Shown piece after piece: positions 56,120-64,000 of a stretch of DNA of 64,000 bases (position 1 is the stretch's first letter; every line of letters begins with the position of its first letter). A program made the translations under genes and the position numbers. Source of the stretch: Syntrophales bacterium (GTDB lineage: Bacteria; Desulfobacterota; Syntrophia; Syntrophales; UBA5619). The notes below the pieces were generated by a model. The model saw nothing but the letters and a program-made list of their open reading frames with translations. It was not told the origin of the DNA and made no database searches. The DNA is taken from assembly GCA_023229765.1 (NCBI GenBank), contig JALNYO010000020.1, positions 1,525 to 65,524 of the forward strand. Direction: 5' to 3'.

Positions 56120-57985
56120 TCAGTCCTTGAATTCCAGCCGGCTGGCAACCAGCTTCCCCCCGATGAGGGCGCCGCTCACCGACACCATCCGGCCCCTGCC
56201 CATGTCTGCGGCACTGCCGTTTACAAACTTTACGTCGCTGCCGCTGGCATCGACCATCTGGCCGGCCACCATGAAGTTCGCACTCGAAGTAAAGCCATTC
56301 ATTGAACCCAACGCCCCAACCATCTCTGCATTGCTGTGTTGAATCTCGATCCGGCTCGCCACCATTATGCCGCCAAGTAAACGTGCCGTGACATGGACCC
56401 GGACCCCATTAGCCATGTCGTGCTGCAGGCCATTCTCGAATGCGGTGTCGTCTCCATAGAAGATTGTCGCGCCATTCATCTTGAAACTCGACTCGGTCAT
56501 ATTCAATCCATAAAGCGCACCCTCGACATGCGCCGAAATAAGGCCGCCTGCGGGGATGATGCGGACTTCACTCGCCGCCAGAACTCCATTCACGAAGCTA
56601 CCGCGCACCAAAACTCTTTTGCCAACGGCAAAGTTCTCCTTCGGTGCGTCGCTGCCGTCGGCATTGGTGATTTTTGTCGCGGCATTGATCTGCATTGCCA
56701 GATTGATGTTTGCCAATGTGAAGGCGCCACTTTCGGCGTCATAGCTCGAAACCGTGCCGGGAAAGGTGCGGTTCTCATTATCCCTGCCGTTCGTCATCAC
56801 GGTGACAAACTCGACCGAACTCGCATTCACCACGCCGCCATTGATAGTGCCTTCGATTCTGACCATGACGCCATCCGCCAGATTGTCTGCGTCGCCGCCT
56901 GTAAATGCAATGTCCACCGCAGAAGCATCAACAGTAACGCCGCGCAGCTTGAAACTGGAGAGTGAGAGAAAATCGGTGACCGCGCCCGTCAGTCTGACCG
57001 TGGCATCAGTCCTCTCCTTAACGAAGTATATCTGATTCGCCGCAACCTGTCCCGCTTCCCATGCGCCTGTTACCCGAACCAGGCTCCCGTTTGCCAGATC
57101 AGCGGCAGAGCCGTTAGCAAAAACAGCCTTGCTCGCATCCACGGTTACATCGCCCAGACTGAATGTGAGCGGCGTCAGCACGATTCCGCTGATGCGGCCG
57201 CCGAGACTCACGCTGCTGCCGTCAACAAGCTGTGTGGTTTTGATACGAACCGCCTTGGCGACCAGTGTGTTGTCGGAGACTGCCGTATCGGACCAGACGG
57301 CAACGCGTTGTCCCACCGCCAGCGTCGAACCAACGGGAAGCAGCGTTGCGCTACCATAGTTGACTGTGAGCGCCGCGATCGTGAAGGTCTTGGCCGTCAA
57401 ATCGAGATTGGAGAGCGTGCCTGCAACCCGAACGCCCACGGTGCTATTTGGATCCCTACGTTCGACGCGTGTCGCAATGATGTTGCCTGAGGCATCCCGG
57501 CTGCCATGCACTTCGACTAAATCCCCAATTATCAAATCCGCAAGACTGTTCGCGCCTTCGAACACTGTCGGCGCCGCCACGTCACCTGATACCTTGACGG
57601 TTTGCCCCGCTACCGTGAAACCATCGCTTGCAATGGCGATGATCGTGCCAAGGACTTCTGATTGTATGCTCAGTCTGGTGATGCGGCCCTGGCCGTCGAG
57701 CATGGTTTCGACATTCATACCCAGTCTGACCGAGGTAGTGGTAGCTGCCGCCAGCATATTTGGATTGATCTCCTGATTTACTTGAGCAATCGAGTCGTCA
57801 TGGCTGACACCGTCGATAATAATGCTGCCAAAACCGGTTACCGTACCCGCAGAGTAGGCGGAGACAGAGCTGCCGGCACCGGTTGCGCTACTCCCTCCAC
57901 CGCCACACCCGGCAAGCAAAAAAACGATTAACGACAAATAAATTAGCGTTATAGCGACAACTGTCCGTTTCCTGAAATCTTTCAT
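56120..57985 (-). CDS. Lipoprotein built of ~8 tandem DUF5666-like beta-modules
   Basis: Lipobox LLAGC followed by a Gly/Ser linker. Eight ~65-75-aa repeats share the pattern G.V...F.v.G..V......F..G...DL..G..V.V.G....G...A..V. The ATG at 57985 follows an AAGGAGG RBS. Confidence 0.7.
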   Translation of the reverse strand: MKDFRKRTVVAITLIYLSLIVFLLAGCGGGGSSATGAGSSVSAYSAGTVTGFGSIIIDGVSHDDSIAQVNQEINPNMLAAATTTSVRLGMNVETMLDGQGRITRLSIQSEVLGTIIAIASDGFTVAGQTVKVSGDVAAPTVFEGANSLADLIIGDLVEVHGSRDASGNIIATRVERRDPNSTVGVRVAGTLSNLDLTAKTFTIAALTVNYGSATLLPVGSTLAVGQRVAVWSDTAVSDNTLVAKAVRIKTTQLVDGSSVSLGGRISGIVLTPLTFSLGDVTVDASKAVFANGSAADLANGSLVRVTGAWEAGQVAANQIYFVKERTDATVRLTGAVTDFLSLSSFKLRGVTVDASAVDIAFTGGDADNLADGVMVRIEGTINGGVVNASSVEFVTVMTNGRDNENRTFPGTVSSYDAESGAFTLANINLAMQINAATKITNADGSDAPKENFAVGKRVLVRGSFVNGVLAASEVRIIPAGGLISAHVEGALYGLNMTESSFKMNGATIFYGDDTAFENGLQHDMANGVRVHVTARLLGGIMVASRIEIQHSNAEMVGALGSMNGFTSSANFMVAGQMVDASGSDVKFVNGSAADMGRGRMVSVSGALIGGKLVASRLEFKD

Positions 57986-58067
57986 ACATTCCTCCTTCAT
58001 AATTTTCTCGTTTTTCACTGCACGCAGCAGTGTAATTTAATCGCCGCTCTCAATGAGACCCAATAGA

Positions 58068-59132
58068 TCAGAGACCATTCAAGGAAGACCCCATACCGAC
58101 AGCGGCGCCGCCTTTCATTTTCATGCTTTCCAGCAAATCCACCTTCCCGGCCTGGATAATATTGTTTTTGATGGTTCCGTCCACCTTGACTCTAACTCCC
58201 GCCTTAATTAGCTGCCCGTCTGTAAATATGGTTGCGCCATCCAACCCAACCCTCTGCAGACCAAACTGGGTAATAATTGTAAAACCGCTGATCGCCTGGT
58301 CTGCGTAATAGAGAGTGTCGATGAAACCTTCACAAGAAATAGTGCTGTTCTCGCTGAGTTCGGGACTCTTTTTTTCAATGACATCAGCCAGCAGAACGGT
58401 GGATGATGCAAGATGGCCCTTTACATCAACAATATCACCTGCCTGGATTCCTCCATGTCCGAATTTGACGAGCATAGCCATGCTGTAGTCAACAGTGAGG
58501 GCATTAATCTTGAAAGTGGCGGCGGTAGGGGCGCTGATCCGCCCGCTGACTTCAAACTGGCGCCCAATGGGCTTCAGGCTAATTCTCGTAGCGATGATCT
58601 TGCCATCGGCATCGGCCAAACCACTGATTTCTACCATATCGTTAGCGGCAAGATCGGCCAACTCCAGGTTATTGCCCGGTAAACCAGCAATAATGGTTTG
58701 CGCATCGACCAAAACGGTCTGGCCCATAATTTCCAGGACGCTCCTGTTAAGGTCAATACTGCTGATCGGTCCCGCAGCGTTGTTGCTAAAGATGACCCTG
58801 TCGGCTTTGCCGGTTTTGCCGTCGGCATTTACCGTACCTTCAACTTGCACAACCATGCCTACATACAGTTCCTTTTCATTACTGTTAACGCCATTGATGG
58901 TGACGGCTGCGTCGGTCGTTTGAAACTCGACGCCGTTTACAAAAATGCTGCCCAGTGCGGTAATCGGGCCGACGCTGGTATTCCCGGTGCCGCCGATTCC
59001 GCCACCCGCCAGAAGGTCTCCCCCGCCGCCACAGGAGACGATGCCCGAAAGTAAAAAAAACAGAGGCAGGAACAGCCGTGATTTTTTTAATAACAATGTT
59101 ATTTTATCTTTAAGAGATTGTTCGCCCTGCAT
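58068..59132 (-). CDS. Lipoprotein built of ~4 DUF5666-like beta-modules
   Basis: Lipobox IVSC followed by a Gly-rich linker. Four repeats of the same module as the downstream gene. Confidence 0.7.
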   Translation of the reverse strand: MQGEQSLKDKITLLLKKSRLFLPLFFLLSGIVSCGGGGDLLAGGGIGGTGNTSVGPITALGSIFVNGVEFQTTDAAVTINGVNSNEKELYVGMVVQVEGTVNADGKTGKADRVIFSNNAAGPISSIDLNRSVLEIMGQTVLVDAQTIIAGLPGNNLELADLAANDMVEISGLADADGKIIATRISLKPIGRQFEVSGRISAPTAATFKINALTVDYSMAMLVKFGHGGIQAGDIVDVKGHLASSTVLLADVIEKKSPELSENSTISCEGFIDTLYYADQAISGFTIITQFGLQRVGLDGATIFTDGQLIKAGVRVKVDGTIKNNIIQAGKVDLLESMKMKGGAAVGMGSSLNGL

Positions 59133-59995
59133 CTATTTTCTCCTTTTTCTTGAGTGGGAATGTTTTCAATATCTTCTTCAAAATAGTAAATCCCCAATCC
59201 AACACGTTTGCGGCCGCTACCCTGCACGTCGGGGCTGACATCCCGGTCCCGGGCCGCCAGCCATTTATCCAAATTTTCAAGAAGAGCTTGAGATTCTTCA
59301 GAACTAACAATTTTGAACTGCTCCAGAAACTCCGCCGGGATGTTGTCATACGATACCTTGCGCTGGAAAAATGGGGAGCTGTTTTTTGAGTTCAGATTGT
59401 GGTTAATTGTTGTAATCAGATCGGCCACATCCGCCCCGAGGATGTCCAGTTTTGCCTTTTTATCGTCACCCGGCAGATATGCGCGGGTCATTAGTTTGAC
59501 TGAGCCGTCTTCCTGCAGCGCAACAGCTCCAATGTTGAGCAGCTCATCCAGAACTGCCCGGACCGGCATGTCGCCGCTGTATTTTTTTACCAGGACACTG
59601 AAAGAAACATCGCCTTCCAAAGCCAGATTCAATGGATTATTGTCATTGTCTGAAAACAGGGGATCGCGAATCCAGCCACTGATTACCCGGGTGGCGCGAT
59701 TGTATCTCCCATGCGCCTCTTCATCTGCCGGAATATCAAGCTCACGCAATTTCTGCACTTCCTTACGCGACAATCCGGTAATAACTGAAACCCGAGATGA
59801 TGTTTGCTTGCGGCGGGGAATGCCAAACTCCTTAAAGGCGATATCCACATATACCCACCGGGCCAGGTCGGAAAAGACGTGGTATGAAATGCCATTGGAC
59901 AGCATTATATGGACCAGCGGCCGAAGCAGCTTCAGAATGGCATTGTTTAAGTTTTTAGCAATCGTCGAGTTCATGGTTTGGGAATATATTCCCAA
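59099..59995 (-). CDS. Hypothetical protein with possible HTH segment (DUF6502-like?)
   Basis: 298-aa ORF that overlaps the next gene by 34 nt. The segment SRVSVITGLSRKEVQKLRE looks helix-turn-helix-like. The family assignment is from memory and weak. Confidence 0.5.
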   Translation of the reverse strand: MGIYSQTMNSTIAKNLNNAILKLLRPLVHIMLSNGISYHVFSDLARWVYVDIAFKEFGIPRRKQTSSRVSVITGLSRKEVQKLRELDIPADEEAHGRYNRATRVISGWIRDPLFSDNDNNPLNLALEGDVSFSVLVKKYSGDMPVRAVLDELLNIGAVALQEDGSVKLMTRAYLPGDDKKAKLDILGADVADLITTINHNLNSKNSSPFFQRKVSYDNIPAEFLEQFKIVSSEESQALLENLDKWLAARDRDVSPDVQGSGRKRVGLGIYYFEEDIENIPTQEKGENRCRANNLLKIK

Positions 59996-60144
59996 ATATT
60001 GACGATGTCAAGAATTATTTTGCAGGGAGTTATGACTGCTCTGAGGATATCGCAAGCAAAACGGTTTCATTTTTGTTGCGTTTAACGGATAGTTATGCTA
60101 TCAGCGCCGGTCTTAAATTAATAAATGCTGGTGGGTTTTGCTTT

Positions 60145-61398
60145 ATGGAGAAGATAAATTCCGTAAGAGGGTTCAGAGACATACTTCCTCCGGAAACGGA
60201 AAAATGGCGGAGGGTTGAAGAAACGGCGCACGAGGTTTTCCGCACGTTCGGCTTCCGGGAGATTCGGGTTCCGCTGCTCGAAAAAACGGAACTATTCCGC
60301 CGCGGCATCGGGGAGTCAACCGATATCGTGGAAAAAGAGATGTACACCTTTACCGACCGCGGCGAGGAATCCCTCACGCTGCGTCCGGAGGCGACCGCTT
60401 CCGTTATTCGCGCCTATCTCGAGCACTCCCTCCATGCCGCGGAAAGCGTGACAAAGCTCTACACGATCGGCCCCATGTTCCGACGGGAAAGGCCACAAAA
60501 GGGGCGGTACCGCCAGTTTCACCAGATTGATACGGAAATTCTCGGCCCGGACGACCCGCGCACCGATGCGGAACTCATTTTGATGCTTACGCATTTTCTT
60601 GACAAACTGGGTCTTCAGAATATTTCTCTGGAGATCAATTCCCTCGGCTGCCCCAATTGCCGCCCGACTTTTCAGCAGGCGATCGTCTCTTTTCTTCAGG
60701 GGCGGGAAAAGGAACTCTGCCCCGACTGCCAGCGCCGCCTGACCACCAACCCCCTGCGGGTCTTTGACTGTAAAGTGGAAAGCTGCGCCAAAATCATCGC
60801 CGAAGCCCCGACGCTGCCCGATTTTCTCTGCGCCGATTGCCGGGATCATTTTGCAACGCTTCAGGAAGCGCTCTCCCTTTTCGCATTGCCGTTCAAGCTG
60901 AATCCGAAGATGGTGCGGGGCCTTGATTATTACACCAGGACAACGTTTGAAATCACTACGGAATTTCTTGGGGCACAGAACGCCGTTGTCGGCGGCGGCC
61001 GCTATGACCACCTTGTCCGGGATCTCGGCGGGCCCGATATCCCCGGGATCGGTTTCGCGATCGGTTTTGAACGGCTGGTCGCGATGATTCCGGAAAAGGA
61101 AGAGGCAAATGCGCCCCTCCTTTTTATAGCGGCTGTCGGCGAAGATGCATTAAAGAAGGCCTTTTTCATCTGCAACCGTCTCCGGATGGAGGGACTGCAG
61201 ATCGAGATGGACTATTCCGGCCGAAGTCTGAAGAGCCAGATGAAGAAGGCCGACAAGCTCAAATGCCGCTACGCGCTGATTCTCGGCGAACGGGAAATCG
61301 CAGAGAAGAAGGCCTCTGTGCGCAATATGCAAACGGGCGTACAACAGGAAGCGAGCCTGGATATTTTGGAAGAAACAATCATTAAATTAGAGAGGTAG
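60145..61398 (+). CDS. hisS: Histidyl-tRNA synthetase
   Basis: VRGFRDILP, class II motif 2 ([17 protein letters not shown]), motif 3 (GGGRYD). Start set at the ATG at 60145. Confidence 0.95.
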   Translation: MEKINSVRGFRDILPPETEKWRRVEETAHEVFRTFGFREIRVPLLEKTELFRRGIGESTDIVEKEMYTFTDRGEESLTLRPEATASVIRAYLEHSLHAAESVTKLYTIGPMFRRERPQKGRYRQFHQIDTEILGPDDPRTDAELILMLTHFLDKLGLQNISLEINSLGCPNCRPTFQQAIVSFLQGREKELCPDCQRRLTTNPLRVFDCKVESCAKIIAEAPTLPDFLCADCRDHFATLQEALSLFALPFKLNPKMVRGLDYYTRTTFEITTEFLGAQNAVVGGGRYDHLVRDLGGPDIPGIGFAIGFERLVAMIPEKEEANAPLLFIAAVGEDALKKAFFICNRLRMEGLQIEMDYSGRSLKSQMKKADKLKCRYALILGEREIAEKKASVRNMQTGVQQEASLDILEETIIKLER

Positions 61399-61403
61399 AT
61401 ACT

Positions 61404-63182
61404 TTGTCGGATTTTTTGATGCGATATAAACGGACGCATTACTGCGGCGATTTGAACGAGACGCATGCCGGGGCGGAGGTTGTCCTGATGGGCTGGGCCC
61501 ATCGGCGGCGCGATCACGGGGGCGTCATCTTTATTGACCTGCGAGACCGTGAAGGGCTGACTCAGGTTGTCTTCAACCCGGAAACCAACGAGGCCTGTCA
61601 CCAGGAGGCGGGACGAATCCGCAGTGAATTTGTCCTGGCAATCCATGGAAAAGTTCGCCGGCGCCCGGAGGGAATGGAGAATCCCGATCTGAAAACAGGA
61701 AAGATTGAGGTGATCGCCGACGAACTCGAAATCCTCAACGAGTCGAGAACGCCCCCCTTCGTCCTGGATCAGACGTCAGAGATTTCGGAGAACGTTCGTC
61801 TCAAGTACCGTTATATCGACCTCCGCCGTCCGGAGATGCAGAAAAACCTTATCCTGCGCAGTCGCGTCGCGATGGCAACGCGGGAATATTTCAGTCGCGA
61901 TGGATTTATTGAAATCGAAACCCCGTTTCTGACCAAGAGCACGCCAGAGGGGGCGCGGGACTACCTTGTTCCCAGCCGGGTCAATCAGGGGATGTTTTAC
62001 GCCCTGCCCCAGTCGCCCCAACTCTTCAAGCAGTTGTTGATGGTTTCTGGATTTGACAAGTATTTCCAGATCGTTAAGTGCTTCCGAGATGAGGACCTCC
62101 GGGCTGATCGTCAGCCGGAATTCACCCAGATCGACGTGGAGATGTCCTTTATCACGGAGGAACAAATCATCAGTTTGATCGAGGGGTTGATTGTTCACCT
62201 CTTCAGCTCCTGCCTGGGACGAACTCTCCCCCTCCCCTTCCCCCGCATTTCCTATCAGGACGCGATGAGCCGCTTCGGCAAGGATAATCCCGATCTGCGC
62301 TTCGGCATGGAGATGAGGGACTTGACCGATATCCTCAGGAATTCGGGGCTGAAGCTCTTTTCCGATATAGCCGCCGGCGGGGGTGTAATCAAGGCGATCA
62401 TGGTTGACGACGGGAAGGGCCTCTCCCGCAAGGATCTCGATGAGTTGAAGGAGTTTGTAGGCAGATATGGGGCAGGAGGACTGGCCTGGGCGCGGGTGAC
62501 TGCGGAGGGCTGGACCTCGCCGATCTTCAAATTCCTGACAGCCCAGGAGGTAGCGTCCATAAACACAAGAATGGAAGCCGCAGAGGGCGCCGTCATCCTC
62601 TTTGTCGCCGACTCGCCGGGCGTTGTCCGCGACTCGCTCGGCAACCTGCGCGTCCATCTGGCTAAGAAGCTCGGCTTGATCGATCCCGATGCCCTCGCCT
62701 TTACCTGGGTTACCGACTTTCCCCTTTTTGAATACAGCGACACCGAAAAAAGATTCATGGCCACGCACCATCCCTTTACCGCTCCGGTTGCCGAGGATAT
62801 GCAGTACATCGAGACGGACCCGGGCAAGGTTCGTGCCCGCGCCTATGATCTGGTGCTGAATGGCTCCGAGATCGGCGGGGGAAGCATCCGAATTCACCAG
62901 AAAGATGTCCAATCCGTAATCTTCAAGGCGCTGGGACTGAGCGAGGAAAACGCCCGTTCCAAATTCGGATTTCTCCTTGATGCGCTCGAGTTCGGAGCCC
63001 CTCCCCACGGCGGGATCGCCTTCGGGCTTGACCGTCTGGTGATGCTGATGACCGGCGCGGAATCGATCCGGGATGTTATCGCCTTTCCCAAAACGCAAAA
63101 GGCAACCTGTCTCTTGACAGAAGCTCCGTCTCATGTCAGTATAGAACAACTTATGGAACTCTCCTTAAAGATTGTTTCGTGA
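61404..63182 (+). CDS. aspS: Aspartyl-tRNA synthetase
   Basis: OB anticodon domain ([19 protein letters not shown]), motif 2 ([18 protein letters not shown]), motif 3 (GIAFGLDR). The start is either the TTG at 61404 or the ATG at 61419. Confidence 0.95.
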   Translation: MSDFLMRYKRTHYCGDLNETHAGAEVVLMGWAHRRRDHGGVIFIDLRDREGLTQVVFNPETNEACHQEAGRIRSEFVLAIHGKVRRRPEGMENPDLKTGKIEVIADELEILNESRTPPFVLDQTSEISENVRLKYRYIDLRRPEMQKNLILRSRVAMATREYFSRDGFIEIETPFLTKSTPEGARDYLVPSRVNQGMFYALPQSPQLFKQLLMVSGFDKYFQIVKCFRDEDLRADRQPEFTQIDVEMSFITEEQIISLIEGLIVHLFSSCLGRTLPLPFPRISYQDAMSRFGKDNPDLRFGMEMRDLTDILRNSGLKLFSDIAAGGGVIKAIMVDDGKGLSRKDLDELKEFVGRYGAGGLAWARVTAEGWTSPIFKFLTAQEVASINTRMEAAEGAVILFVADSPGVVRDSLGNLRVHLAKKLGLIDPDALAFTWVTDFPLFEYSDTEKRFMATHHPFTAPVAEDMQYIETDPGKVRARAYDLVLNGSEIGGGSIRIHQKDVQSVIFKALGLSEENARSKFGFLLDALEFGAPPHGGIAFGLDRLVMLMTGAESIRDVIAFPKTQKATCLLTEAPSHVSIEQLMELSLKIVS

Positions 63183-63284
63183 TCTTATTTAACGGTTCTT
63201 CGGCACTGCGGGTTTTTTTATGAATTGCAAATATTTTATTATTGCAGTGAACACTGACGGAAAACAGCGTCTTGAACAAAACGT

Positions 63285-63315
63285 TGCCGGCAGGATGATG
63301 CCGGCGCTCTTTTTT
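63285..63315 (+). terminator. Hairpin TGCCGGCA...TGCCGGCG followed by a T6 run
   Basis: Read directly from the sequence. It lies ~100 nt downstream of the aspS stop. Confidence 0.4.
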
Positions 63316-63350
63316 CCCGCCTCCAGTTAACGACAAAGGAGAAGGGGAGC

Positions 63351-63381
63351 AGAGGGCGCCTTAAGAAAGGGCGCCTTTTTT
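63351..63381 (+). terminator. Hairpin GGCGCC-9 nt-GGCGCC followed by a T6 run
   Basis: Read directly from the sequence. It lies 50 nt upstream of the ATG at 63432. Confidence 0.4.
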
Positions 63382-63431
63382 ATTTGGCGCCGTGGTGCTG
63401 GATCAACTTTACAGAGAAAAAGGGGTGAAAA

Positions 63432-64000
63432 ATGGCTAAATGGAATAAAGACAGAAGGGTTTTGGAGCACGAGCATACCAATTTCTGGAAATTCGACCTG
63501 AAGGATGTTGCAGAGCCGAATCTGCAGAAGGATGTTTTTCCCTACAGCGAGGTATGTCGGATAGATTTTGACAACAAGATATTGCCGATCAACCCCGCAG
63601 AGGATATCTTCATAACCGACACCACGTTTCGCGACGGCCAGCAGGCGCGCCCCCCCTATACGGTAAAGCAGATCGTCGATCTCTATTCTTTGATGAGCAA
63701 ACTGGGAGGGCCAAACGGAGTTATCCGCCAGTCTGAGTTTTTCCTCTACAGCGCGAAAGACCGCGAGGCTGTAGATAAATGCCGCGATCTCGGTTTGCAA
63801 TTTCCGGAAATCACCGGCTGGATTCGGGCCGCCGCGGATGACGTTCAACTTGTCAAGGATATGGGGCTGAAGGAAACCGGCATCCTGGCCTCGGTTTCTG
63901 ACTATCACATCTTTCTCAAGCTGAACAAAAACAGACGGCAGGCCCTGGACGACTATCTGGCCGTAGTCAGGTCCATTCTCGATGCGGGAATAATCCCACG
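63432..64000 (+). CDS. HMGL-family synthase, Re-citrate synthase/homocitrate synthase-like (3' end outside window)
   Basis: My own translation gives MAKWNKDRRVLEHEHTNFWKFDL...IFITDTTFRDGQQARPPYTV...GWIRAAADD, open to the window end. An AAAAGGGGTG RBS lies upstream. The ORF is absent from the supplied track because no stop codon is reached. Confidence 0.8.
   Translation, partial: MAKWNKDRRVLEHEHTNFWKFDLKDVAEPNLQKDVFPYSEVCRIDFDNKILPINPAEDIFITDTTFRDGQQARPPYTVKQIVDLYSLMSKLGGPNGVIRQSEFFLYSAKDREAVDKCRDLGLQFPEITGWIRAAADDVQLVKDMGLKETGILASVSDYHIFLKLNKNRRQALDDYLAVVRSILDAGIIP

Noticed and set aside
61776-63149. 457-aa minus-strand ORF (and 60316..61011, 231 aa)
   Set aside because: These are antisense to aspS and hisS respectively. 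The synthetase frames carry all class II motifs.

Overview
The window looks like chromosomal DNA from an anaerobic deltaproteobacterium-type organism (Syntrophia/Desulfobacterota-like). That assignment is an inference from gene content: an Hdr/Flx cluster, a Re-citrate-synthase-like gene and a Desulfovibrio-type adenylate kinase lid. Most of the window is densely packed housekeeping genes: lepA, hemW, adk, recJ, rpmB, pfk, purN, purM, recG, hom, dnaE, guaB, dtd, hisS and aspS. I saw no rRNA, tRNA or CRISPR array. Six things stand out from that background. (1) A four-gene tripartite ABC efflux block at 774-5437 is far more GC-rich than its flanks. It sits between an FG-GAP protein gene and a transglutaminase/ABC-exporter module. 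(2) A 21-bp repeat, ATGAACATTAATCTTCGATTT, occurs at five loci, mostly as tandem copies. Two tandem pairs in inverted orientation (41/42 identical) bracket exactly one gene, an acyl-CoA ligase inside a liv-type ABC uptake operon. Three degenerate copies are translated as the N-terminus of phosphofructokinase, and one copy abuts a transposase remnant. (3) A seven-gene heterodisulfide-reductase/Flx-like cluster at 35442-44762 is led by a ~1475-aa HdrA megaprotein with a GltD/NfnB-like NAD(P)H module spliced into it. (4) An operon at 56120-59995 encodes two lipoproteins made of 8 and 4 DUF5666-like beta-modules plus an unknown 298-aa protein. (5) An apgM-like gene is translationally coupled to hom. 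(6) A partial Re-citrate-synthase-like ORF at the 3' edge is absent from the ORF track. All functional calls rest on motifs I recognised by eye in the translations. No database search or computation was run.
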